From NCBI GenBank assembly GCA_041751735.1, contig JBGSWW010000156.1:29330-93329 (forward strand): a DNA stretch of 64,000 bases, written 5' to 3'. The notes beneath the pieces were generated by a model that did no database searches, had not been told where the DNA came from, and saw nothing but the letters and a program-made list of their open reading frames with translations. Below, piece by piece: positions 8,762 through 16,966 of the stretch. The position numbers and the translations under genes were made by a program. Origin of the DNA: Pyrinomonadaceae bacterium. Lineage in GTDB: Bacteria; Acidobacteriota; Blastocatellia; Pyrinomonadales; Pyrinomonadaceae. Numbering within the stretch: position 1 is the stretch's first letter; every line of letters starts with the position of its first letter.

Positions 8762-9661
8762 ATGAAATTCAGAATGTTGACTATTTTTTCGCTGATAGCG
8801 TTGTGTGCGGTATTCTCGGCGGCGCTTTCTCCCTGGACCGAGAGCAATGGCAGCTTCGAGAATGGGCCAAATGTCGGCTCCGGCTTTATGACGATATTCG
8901 CCGGACAAAATAATATTCTCGATTGGACGGTAGGTCTTCACAGTGTCGATTACATCGGTGGCTACTGGCAGGCATCCGAAGGAGTTCGAAGCATCGATCT
9001 CAACGGCCACCAGGCGGGAGAGATAAGTCAAACGATCGAAACCGCCATCGGATTAACTTATCGGGTGACCTTTGATCTGTCGGGTAACCCTGACGGCCTT
9101 CCGACAGAAAAGATCATGTCGGTAAGCGCGAACGGTGCAAATGTGACGCAATATTCGTATTCCATCGGGCAAAATACGAAGACCAACATGCAGTGGGTGC
9201 CGAACGAATACCATTTCGTTGCGACGAACACCAACACCGTATTGGCATTCACGAGCCATGTCGGGGGGTTCTTTGGGCCCGCTATAGACAATGTAGCGGT
9301 TGCGGCCGTCTCCGTGCATCCGTTTAGCTGGTTCAGCTATTCAGGACTGCTCTTGAATCAACAGGCCTTGAGTCAGGTGACGGCGGGCAGCGATGTACCG
9401 ATCAGGTTTACGCTCGATGGCAACAAGGGCAATCCGTACAGCCAGCCTCCGACCTCGCAGCAGATCAACTGTGCAACAGGAGCGCCGATCGGAGTGGCGA
9501 CGGTCATCAGCAGGCCTTTGCCTGACCCATCTTACTCGGCGACGTTTGATTTTTATCAAACTACGTGGCACACGCTATCTGCCTGGAAGTTTACCTGCCG
9601 GCGGTTGACCTTGCATTTGAATGACGGCACGACCAAGTCGCTTGATTTCTACTTCAAGTGA
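8762..9661 (+). CDS. secreted DUF642 / choice-of-anchor-C-like domain protein
   Basis: AGGAGG RBS and a signal peptide. The N-terminal domain pattern GSFENGP...G...I..W.V....VDYIGGYWQASEGVRSIDLNG...GEISQT..T..G..Y.V.FDLSGNPDG is typical of that family. Confidence 0.7.
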   Translation: MKFRMLTIFSLIALCAVFSAALSPWTESNGSFENGPNVGSGFMTIFAGQNNILDWTVGLHSVDYIGGYWQASEGVRSIDLNGHQAGEISQTIETAIGLTYRVTFDLSGNPDGLPTEKIMSVSANGANVTQYSYSIGQNTKTNMQWVPNEYHFVATNTNTVLAFTSHVGGFFGPAIDNVAVAAVSVHPFSWFSYSGLLLNQQALSQVTAGSDVPIRFTLDGNKGNPYSQPPTSQQINCATGAPIGVATVISRPLPDPSYSATFDFYQTTWHTLSAWKFTCRRLTLHLNDGTTKSLDFYFK

Positions 9662-9716
9662 TCTAACGATGAAATATTACGATCCGTGGGTAATTGAGAG
9701 GTGAAAGGAGATAACG

Positions 9717-10526
9717 ATGAGAACTCTTAAAAATTTAAGACATTTTGGCGCGGTTATCGTGATAATAACGGTATTAGCCGCTTCTACACTGTTTTATTCA
9801 GCCGCTGCAGGTCCACATGTGCAGGAAATGCGAGGCACATGGTATGGATTCATCCAGGGTGGACACGATCCGGTCGGATCTGCAATAACCGAGATCACCC
9901 AACAGGAAAATCGCCGATTCCGCGGTATCATTGATGCTGGAGGCCCACATGTTATCGAGGGCACGGTGTCGGCGAGCGGAAAGGTCAATTATCAGAGCAA
10001 GTCATCCGCAGGCCACTTGATCGGAAAGGCAGAGCTTCACGATTTTGGCGGCGGTGCAGCCATTCTTGACGGGACATTCACAAGCCCGTCGTCAAACGAC
10101 AGGTCAATAATTGCCTGCGTTCGAGTACTCCGGGCATTCGCACCGTTTCAGGATGCCTTGGCTCCGACAGGCCGGTATGTCGGTGAAATGGCTGGTGGCG
10201 AAGAGATAACCATTCTGCTGAATAACCCGCCCGAGCCTGTCAGCCCAACCAGCGTGGGCGGCGACCTGGAGGTGGTCATCGACGGTGTTGTCCATTCATT
10301 TCAATTGATCGGAACATTTGATGAAGAAGGGCGGATAATCGCGATCGGCCACAAGACCACACACGGCCACTTGATCATGGATGCCCGTCTTGCCACACCT
10401 CCTGATCCAGTCCAGCCGTCGACCCTCATCGGCAGGATAGAGATCGAACCAGGTGACGGTTCTGTACGTGAGGTCGAATTCCAGGCCCAGTTTGCGCGTG
10501 GGGGGATCGCTATCGATTCGGAGTAA
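9717..10526 (+). CDS. secreted protein of unknown function
   Basis: AAAGGAG RBS. Signal/TM segment FGAVIVIITVLAASTLFYSAAAG. No family recognised. Confidence 0.6.
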   Translation: MRTLKNLRHFGAVIVIITVLAASTLFYSAAAGPHVQEMRGTWYGFIQGGHDPVGSAITEITQQENRRFRGIIDAGGPHVIEGTVSASGKVNYQSKSSAGHLIGKAELHDFGGGAAILDGTFTSPSSNDRSIIACVRVLRAFAPFQDALAPTGRYVGEMAGGEEITILLNNPPEPVSPTSVGGDLEVVIDGVVHSFQLIGTFDEEGRIIAIGHKTTHGHLIMDARLATPPDPVQPSTLIGRIEIEPGDGSVREVEFQAQFARGGIAIDSE

Positions 10527-10601
10527 GCAGCCGAGTTATAGCGATGCAAAGATGGCGTGGAGGCCGGCCCCCACGCCATCTTTGCGGTTCACTAATTTAA
10601 G

Positions 10602-11489
10602 TCAGACCCCGGCTTTGAAAAGCTCTTCGTCGACCTTCTGGCCAAAGGTTATGGTGCCGACCTCGGTTTCCTCGATCATCTTGTCGTCGGCCCAGAGGAC
10701 GGTGCGAAAGGGGACGAGCGTTCCCTGCGCGTAGTTATAATCGTAGAATCTGCGTCGATACTTTATGCCATCTTCTTCGTAGGTCAGCATCATAACGCGG
10801 TAGGATTTTACGCTCGTATAAAAGCGCGTTTTCCTGTTGAGCTTGTCGATGACGTCGAGCAAGTAGTACTCAACGCCCAATAATTTTTCCCGGCCTGCGA
10901 GTTCCAGTGTAGACCCGTTCTCTTTATATCTCAGAAGAGCCTCAAGGCCATGGACGATCTGGTTCTCGAAGGATTTTGAAGCGTCGTCTCGCGGGGCAAA
11001 AACTGTGTTGTTGTAGATACCGAAAACTTTTTCATCGTTTCGCACGAGAGAAAAACGGGCACTTGGAAATTCCTGGTCGAGTCTTACTTTTTCCTTATCG
11101 AGGGTGTCAGCTCGGATGACAAACCGTTGATATGGCACCTCTTCGATTTTGCCCTCAGCGGTTGTGACCTTGGCGCGGCCGCGTTCCTGTGTAGTCTTTC
11201 GGATCTGGTTCAATGTAACTCGCCCACCGGGATAGCCGTAAAGAAAGATAGCAGCTTCAGCTACCTGCTCGGCTGTAAGCACACCGCTCTTAGGTGTCGG
11301 CGCAGCGACTGGCGTTTGAGAAGTCTGAGGCGTCGCTGCCGGCGTAGGCGATGCAACCGGAGTCTGCGAAAATACTGAAATGCCAAGGCAAAGCGACACA
11401 AGCACAAGACTGAACAGCGATCGGAAACAAAAAAACACCAGAGATTCTCCTAACGTAGGGCGAAAATACGCAAATGCGGATTGTAACAT
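10602..11489 (-). CDS. secreted protein of unknown function
   Basis: Start chosen at the internal Met so that the hydrophobic signal-like segment (FFCFRSLFSLVLVSLCLGISVFSQ) is N-terminal. The full ORF to 11645 would overlap the trmL start. Confidence 0.5.
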   Translation of the reverse strand: MLQSAFAYFRPTLGESLVFFCFRSLFSLVLVSLCLGISVFSQTPVASPTPAATPQTSQTPVAAPTPKSGVLTAEQVAEAAIFLYGYPGGRVTLNQIRKTTQERGRAKVTTAEGKIEEVPYQRFVIRADTLDKEKVRLDQEFPSARFSLVRNDEKVFGIYNNTVFAPRDDASKSFENQIVHGLEALLRYKENGSTLELAGREKLLGVEYYLLDVIDKLNRKTRFYTSVKSYRVMMLTYEEDGIKYRRRFYDYNYAQGTLVPFRTVLWADDKMIEETEVGTITFGQKVDEELFKAGV

Positions 11490-11636
11490 AGATCGGCTAT
11501 GGGCGAAGGCCGCTTCAGTTGTCGGCATATCGAATTGATGTTTAATAATCCGTAAAAGATGCTTAAGTTGTGCTCGCAGCTCCGATGACGGGCGCGCGGG
11601 GCATTTTGATGATAAGGTTTCCTGGGCCTGGGTTAT

Positions 11637-12098
11637 ATGTTCCACGTCGCACTTTACGAACCTGAAATACCGCCGAATACCGGCAACATCGCCCGTCTAT
11701 GTGCCGCAACCGATACCGATCTCCATATCGTCGGCGTGACCGGTTTTAGAATGGATGATAGGACGCTGCGGCGTTCGGGACTCGATTATTGGGACCACGT
11801 CCGGCTTCACCGGCACATCGATATCCAGCACCTGATCGCCGATCTGCCAGGTTCCAGGCTGCTCTACTTCACCACAAAGACATCTCGACCATACACGGGT
11901 CAGGAGTATCGCAGCGGCGACTGCCTTGTCTTTGGACCCGAGACCCGCGGGCTGCCGGAAGATATTCTTGCGGCTAACCCGGAAAATTGCCAGACGATCC
12001 CAATGTCTAATCCCCATGTCCGCAGCCTTAATCTTTCAACCTGTGTCGGCATCGTGCTTTACGAGGCCATAAGGCAAGTAACGCGAACTCACCGGTAG
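11637..12098 (+). CDS. trmL: tRNA (cytidine/uridine-2'-O)-methyltransferase TrmL (SpoU/TrmH family)
   Basis: 153 aa. Motifs: VALYEPEIPPNTGNIARLCAAT, LVFGPETRGLPEDIL, IPM..HVRSLNLSTCVGIVLYEA. Confidence 0.9.
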   Translation: MFHVALYEPEIPPNTGNIARLCAATDTDLHIVGVTGFRMDDRTLRRSGLDYWDHVRLHRHIDIQHLIADLPGSRLLYFTTKTSRPYTGQEYRSGDCLVFGPETRGLPEDILAANPENCQTIPMSNPHVRSLNLSTCVGIVLYEAIRQVTRTHR

Positions 12099-12228
12099 CA
12101 CAAAAAACATACATACGGCCTTCGGGCTGAGTTACAAAACTTTACATTATTTATGGCACCTTCGGCCGAGGGGGCCGCGTCAAATCCGTGTAGAAATACA
12201 GCGATCTCTTGCAAGGAGACATAAAGAT

Positions 12229-12783
12229 ATGAATAGAATTACGAAATTTTTTACATTGGCAACAGCAATATTTGCATTTTCGTTCGTTAACGTAAACGCC
12301 CAGAATTTTATTCTGCATGTGTCCGGGGCCGACAGATCGATCGAGCAACAGGTGTTCAAGAAGATACTCCAACTGCCGCGATACGGTGTCTTCGATTTTA
12401 TTAATTTTAAGGTTGAAAATGGCACGGTCATCCTCGACGGAAAGACCATTTCGCTCGGAACGCGAAAGGGTGCGGAAAACGTGGTCAAGCGCATCCCCGG
12501 CGTGGTGAGTGTCGTCAATAATATCGAAGAACTGCCGCTATCGTCGTTTGATGACACGATCCGGCGGCAGTTGTTGACGACATTTGCTTCGAGCGGTCTC
12601 GGGCGATATTTTCACTCGATCAGGCCCGATGTACGCTTGATCGTGGACCGCGGCCGGGTCACACTCGAGGGATATGTTTCGAATACCGGCGATTATCATT
12701 CCATGAACATATATGCACATGGGATACCGGGCGTGTTCAGCGTTCAGAACAACCTGATCGTGGGCGAGGACGTACGACGATAA
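12229..12783 (+). CDS. periplasmic protein with two BON domains
   Basis: Signal peptide. Two BON-like modules (VENGTVILDGKT...VVKRIPGVVSVVNNI and DRGRVTLEGYV...HGIPGVFSVQNNL). Confidence 0.75.
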   Translation: MNRITKFFTLATAIFAFSFVNVNAQNFILHVSGADRSIEQQVFKKILQLPRYGVFDFINFKVENGTVILDGKTISLGTRKGAENVVKRIPGVVSVVNNIEELPLSSFDDTIRRQLLTTFASSGLGRYFHSIRPDVRLIVDRGRVTLEGYVSNTGDYHSMNIYAHGIPGVFSVQNNLIVGEDVRR

Positions 12784-12904
12784 GAGGTTTGCTGCATTGA
12801 TCCAGGAAAATTCTTGCGGTCCATCCCTGCGATCCCATTTAGCCGGCATGCCGGCGGCATGTTTCTAGCCACACAAACGTGTGGTAGGACGAATCTGGGC
12901 CCGG

Positions 12905-12940
12905 GCATCCCTCCTTAGCCAATTAGCCAAGGAGGGGTGC
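12905..12940 (+). other. strong hairpin that pairs an AAGGAGG Shine-Dalgarno-like sequence with CCCTCCTT
   Basis: 12-bp stem (one G-U pair): gcatccctcctt / aaggaggggtgc, 12-nt loop. An ATG at 12947 follows 11 nt after the SD-like sequence. Confidence 0.4.
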
Positions 12941-13342
12941 TTGTTGATGCCCTGGTTCAAATCACCCCGACCCGTCTCAATCGAAGACCTAGCTTTATCT
13001 AAACAAACCACCCCGTCAGCCCGACAAAAGACGTCGTTCTGCCACCCCTGTTCCAGACCATTGGACCAGGCAGTGCGTCGCCAAGCCAAGGAGGGGGCTC
13101 CGGCCTGCAGGATTGCATAAATACCTTATTTCTTCATTTGATTGACCTTACTCTTCATCTTTCAACACCTCGTTGACCCAAAAACATTCCCTTTAAAAAA
13201 AATTTCTTTCAATGACCCTTTCCGCCCACCGTCTCCGTTTAGTCAAGTGAACCAGTCAATTTTTGGGAGCAGAAGTTTTACCTAAACGTTCAGGAAAGTA
13301 ATTTTCCTAGTTCTAAGGCCAAATACCAGAGGAGAAAATAAT

Positions 13343-13810
13343 ATGAAAAACATGATGAAGCACGATCGCATAGCAACCGGCTTGATTGCCGTTTTTATAC
13401 TCGCTTTGAGCGTAGTAGTTTACGCTCAGGTCAACCGCCCGTATCGCAACGGATCTGTCTGGAACATCGGTTTTATCCAGATGAAACCCGGAATGGAGAC
13501 CGCATATCTGAACTACATTGCGAACGAATGGAAGCGCAGTCAGGAAGCGTTGAAAAAAGACGGGCAGATCGTTTCGTATAAGGTCATAACCACCGAAGCT
13601 CACGGCAAGGATGATTGGAACATTATGCTGATGACCGAATACAGGGACTTGGCAACGATGGAGGCCAATCAAGCTAAAGAGGACAATCTTATGCAGACTG
13701 TGATCGGCACAGACGAAAAGCAGATGCAGGGTTATCGAGATCGTCTGCAGATCCGCGAAGTCCTGGAAGGGCGAACGGGACGTGAGATCGTTTTAGAACC
13801 GCGGCGATAA
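13343..13810 (+). CDS. secreted protein of unknown function
   Basis: GAGGAG RBS. Signal peptide (IATGLIAVFILALSVVVYAQ). Confidence 0.6.
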   Translation: MKNMMKHDRIATGLIAVFILALSVVVYAQVNRPYRNGSVWNIGFIQMKPGMETAYLNYIANEWKRSQEALKKDGQIVSYKVITTEAHGKDDWNIMLMTEYRDLATMEANQAKEDNLMQTVIGTDEKQMQGYRDRLQIREVLEGRTGREIVLEPRR

Positions 13811-13816
13811 ACTAAT

Positions 13817-13874
13817 GCGGGGACTCGCGTGGCAGCCGTGATATATTCACGACGACACTCCCGCGAGTTTCCGC
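13817..13874. repeat. hairpin whose 5' arm resembles the REP-like motif CGGGGAC..TCGCGT (degenerate third copy)
   Basis: 13-bp stem gcggggactcgcg / cgcgagtttccgc (two G-U pairs) with a 32-nt loop. The arm resembles the elements at 14609 and 15953. Confidence 0.4.
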
Positions 13875-13910
13875 ATCCTCAGAAACATTCAAAAATCTTA
13901 GGAGGCAAAA

Positions 13911-14588
13911 ATGAACGAAAACGAAAAAGCATTTTCGCGTCGCCATATGCTGCAGATGGGACTAGGTTTCGCTGGTCTGGCAGTTTTGGGGGGCGCCGGT
14001 CTTGCGCAGACGACTGAACGAGTGGTTACACCGGAAGTCATGATGGGGCCATTTTATCCGATGTTGAAACCGCTGGACAAAGATGCGGATCTGACTTCGG
14101 TCAAAGGTCGGAAAGGGGTCGCGTTAGGGACAATGATCCACGTTGCGGGGCGAGTCCTTGATAAAGACGGCAAACCCGTAAGTGGAGCTAAGATCGAGAT
14201 CTGGCAGGCGAATACTCACGGACGATATTCGCATCCAACAGACCCGAATACCGCACCACTCGACCCGAATTTCCAGGGTTATGCAGTTTTGAGATCAGAC
14301 CACCAGGGCCGTTACCGGTTCAAAACGATCAAACCCGGACCGTACCCTGCAAGCCCGACCTGGCAGCGTCCGCCGCACATTCACTTTGACGTCGAGGGCA
14401 AAGCCAACCGGCTCGTGTCGCAAATGTTCTTCCCGGATGAACCGCTCAATGAAAAAGACTCGCTATTCCTGGATCTGCAGTCGAAATCTCAAAAAGGAGC
14501 CGTTACAGCCCAACTAATGCCGTCGACAAAAGATATCGAAAAGGACGCGATGCTTCTCCATTGGGATGTTGTTCTGATAAATGGCTGA
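13911..14588 (+). CDS. Tat-exported intradiol ring-cleavage dioxygenase (protocatechuate 3,4-dioxygenase beta-subunit-like)
   Basis: Twin-arginine signal SRRHMLQMGLGFAGLAVLGGAGLAQ. Core IEIWQANTHGRYSHP..DPNFQGY....D.QGRYRFKTIKPGPYP....RPPHIHF. Confidence 0.8.
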   Translation: MNENEKAFSRRHMLQMGLGFAGLAVLGGAGLAQTTERVVTPEVMMGPFYPMLKPLDKDADLTSVKGRKGVALGTMIHVAGRVLDKDGKPVSGAKIEIWQANTHGRYSHPTDPNTAPLDPNFQGYAVLRSDHQGRYRFKTIKPGPYPASPTWQRPPHIHFDVEGKANRLVSQMFFPDEPLNEKDSLFLDLQSKSQKGAVTAQLMPSTKDIEKDAMLLHWDVVLING

Positions 14589-14608
14589 AACAGTCGCCAG
14601 TCTCGGCC

Positions 14609-14643
14609 GGACGCTTGCAGACGGGGACACCCGCGTTCCCGGC
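14609..14643. repeat. REP-like imperfect palindromic element, copy A
   Basis: ggacgcttgcagacggggacacccgcgttcccggc. Close match to 15953-15986 in the same orientation. Confidence 0.7.
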
Positions 14644-14667
14644 AAGGAAGAACCGATAATCCGTACG

Positions 14668-15855
14668 TTAGCTCCCGGTTTTCTTTGTCTGTAAAGCTTC
14701 GCCGACGATGTAGCTGTCGCGGGCGCGGACGCCGACGCTGGGACGGGCGACGCGGACTTTGATCTGCTTTCGCTCGCCTGTGGCGCCGGGTTCTTTAGGG
14801 TAGTAGCCGATGGAATATTGATTTCCGAGTTCGTCGGCAATCCCGGCAAATGCAGCATTCAGGCCGCCGGTGGTTGAATCGGACCGGAACATCTTCGCCG
14901 CGGTAATGCGGGCGAGTTCCTCGAGATAGGCGCGGCCGCGTGCGTAGTCTTCGGGACGCATACCGGGAATATTCGGTGCCCGGGTGATCGTCGGGATGCC
15001 GCTCATCGGCCCCTGGCCGGTGTTGATGCCGCGCATTTCAAGATAGGTGTTGTAATAGACCGCATACACGGCCGCGTCGCCTTCTTCTGCGAGAGCCAGG
15101 GTTTTCTCGTATCCGTTCGAGTTGCCGGACGTGTCCACGCCATCGGTGAAAAGCACTACCGCCTTACGACCTTGCACATCTTTAAAACTTCGCTTGAGCA
15201 CCCGGTCGACCGCGTCATATAGGGCGGTGCCCCCGCCGGACCTAAGTTTGCCGATGGCTTTCTCGAGCACCATCCGGTCGGTTGTGAAATCGCACAGTGT
15301 ATTTATCCCCGAAGAGAATTCGACGATGGACACCCGATCGTTCGGCTTGAGGTTCTGGATAAAGCTCAACGCGGCGGACTGGATCTGCCGCATCTTTTGA
15401 TCGGTCGATCCGCTGACATCAACGAGAAGGACCACGCTGAATGGGAGCTCCGTGGTTCCAAAATACGCTATCTCCTGCTCACTCCCGTTCTCGTAGATAC
15501 GAAAATCCGTTCGCCTAAGCCCCGACAAATACACGCCGCTTCGCTCATAGACAGAGACTGGCACGGTCACGAGATCAGTACCCACACGAATGACCGAATC
15601 ATCGCCATCCGTTACGGTCTCATCCGGCTTCGGCACCGGAGCGTCACGCTGGGCCGACTGCTGTGCTCTAACCTTTCGAGAATAAACGGGGCCTGAGGTG
15701 GGCTTCGATTCGGAATAATCCGCGTCATCGCGCGAGACAGCGGGAGCAGCGGGTGTCGGTACCGGTTGGGCACGCCGGCCCGACTGTGCATCGACCGTCG
15801 GGGACAGCCAGCATAAAGCCAAAAACAAGTAACCCAGAAATAATGTATTCTTCAT
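14668..15855 (-). CDS. secreted von Willebrand factor A domain protein (VWFA-related acidobacterial type)
   Basis: Signal peptide. MIDAS motif VVLLVDVSGST. Overall layout resembles the TIGR03436-type family. Confidence 0.8.
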   Translation of the reverse strand: MKNTLFLGYLFLALCWLSPTVDAQSGRRAQPVPTPAAPAVSRDDADYSESKPTSGPVYSRKVRAQQSAQRDAPVPKPDETVTDGDDSVIRVGTDLVTVPVSVYERSGVYLSGLRRTDFRIYENGSEQEIAYFGTTELPFSVVLLVDVSGSTDQKMRQIQSAALSFIQNLKPNDRVSIVEFSSGINTLCDFTTDRMVLEKAIGKLRSGGGTALYDAVDRVLKRSFKDVQGRKAVVLFTDGVDTSGNSNGYEKTLALAEEGDAAVYAVYYNTYLEMRGINTGQGPMSGIPTITRAPNIPGMRPEDYARGRAYLEELARITAAKMFRSDSTTGGLNAAFAGIADELGNQYSIGYYPKEPGATGERKQIKVRVARPSVGVRARDSYIVGEALQTKKTGS

Positions 15856-15952
15856 TCAGTCGTTTAGAACCCAACTGATGGCCGGCGGTTGTCCGTTTCC
15901 GATCGGGCCTGCTGACCAATGTGATATTCGCATCAGTCTTCAACGCCCGGAT

Positions 15953-15986
15953 GGACGTTTGTAGACGGGGACGCTCGCGTTCCGGC
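15953..15986. repeat. REP-like imperfect palindromic element, copy B
   Basis: ggacgtttgtagacggggacgctcgcgttccggc. Same motif and orientation as 14609-14643. Confidence 0.7.
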
Positions 15987-16065
15987 GGGGAGGCCTTGGA
16001 AGCTTTTTAATAACACTATTGGCGGGTGCCCCAGTTATTGGTGGGTGCCGAGCTGCGCAGTGTGT

Positions 16066-16809
16066 TCAAAGTTGAGCAGCCGCTGGCAGTGCAACTGGGA
16101 TCGCCGCTTGCCGGTCGCCGATAAGAATTCTTATGTACGGCTTTTCAGTGCCCGAAGTTTCCACCGAGGCATTGAGTTCCTTCTGCCACTGGCGGGCTAT
16201 CTCGATCTCCTGGGTTCGGCCGGCGTCGTCAAGAAGGATGACACAGCCATCCTTTATATGATCCCCCAGAACTGGACAGAGTCCGTAGCGGCCGCCTCGA
16301 GTGCTTCCGGGTGGGCCATCGCAAATGACCAGGGCGGGCTCGAGGAGTTCGTTCGGGTCCACATCGTACCAGTCGAATTCTCCACGGTCGGCCAGCGGCC
16401 TCAGAAGCAGCTCCACGCCATTGATATCGTATTGCTGCAGGGCCTGTCGCACACGTTCCGCCCATTCGGCATTGTGCTCGAGCGCCGTGTACCGCAAACC
16501 GCGCTTTTTAGCTACTGCCCCGGCAAGCAGCGTCGACAGGCCGGAGCCGCATTCGAGAACCGGCCCCTGCGAAACAGATACTTCGCTAATGCATGCCGCC
16601 AGATACTCATCGAGGGCGCTCCAGTCCTCATTGCCCCAGCCCCTGATCAGATCGCGGAGCACCGGATCGCCGGCCAAAGCGTGCGCCTCGGGTTCGCGCA
16701 TGAAATTGCGCATCGCCCTGCGAAAGATCCACCCGAGATATGCCTTCCGGGCAGAGTCTCTTAACGACGCCGGGACCACGATTCTGAATATTTTGCGAAT
16801 TAAACTCAT
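16066..16809 (-). CDS. class I SAM-dependent methyltransferase
   Basis: SAM-binding motif VLECGSGLSTLLL and a later acidic motif VICDGPP. Start placed at MSLIRKIF. The overlapping plus-strand ORF was rejected. Confidence 0.7.
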   Translation of the reverse strand: MSLIRKIFRIVVPASLRDSARKAYLGWIFRRAMRNFMREPEAHALAGDPVLRDLIRGWGNEDWSALDEYLAACISEVSVSQGPVLECGSGLSTLLAGAVAKKRGLRYTALEHNAEWAERVRQALQQYDINGVELLLRPLADRGEFDWYDVDPNELLEPALVICDGPPGSTRGGRYGLCPVLGDHIKDGCVILLDDAGRTQEIEIARQWQKELNASVETSGTEKPYIRILIGDRQAAIPVALPAAAQL

Positions 16810-16966
16810 TTTTATAATGGCTGAAAAAGCCGGGCGCCGGGCAGTGGCCCCAATCGGGAGCAGCATCCGGCAATATCCGGTTAAGGAAATACGGCGAATC
16901 GCTACCCGTTTTCATTTAGTTTGGGGTTAGGTTTGAAGAGCCGATTCTCTCCAACGAGGAAAATGG

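Noticed and set aside
12881-13120. Full 79-aa ORF 12881-13120 as a real gene
   Set aside because: The N-terminal 22 codons run through the hairpin and have no RBS. Only the shorter form starting at the internal ATG 12947 is even arguable, and that is reported as a low-confidence finding.
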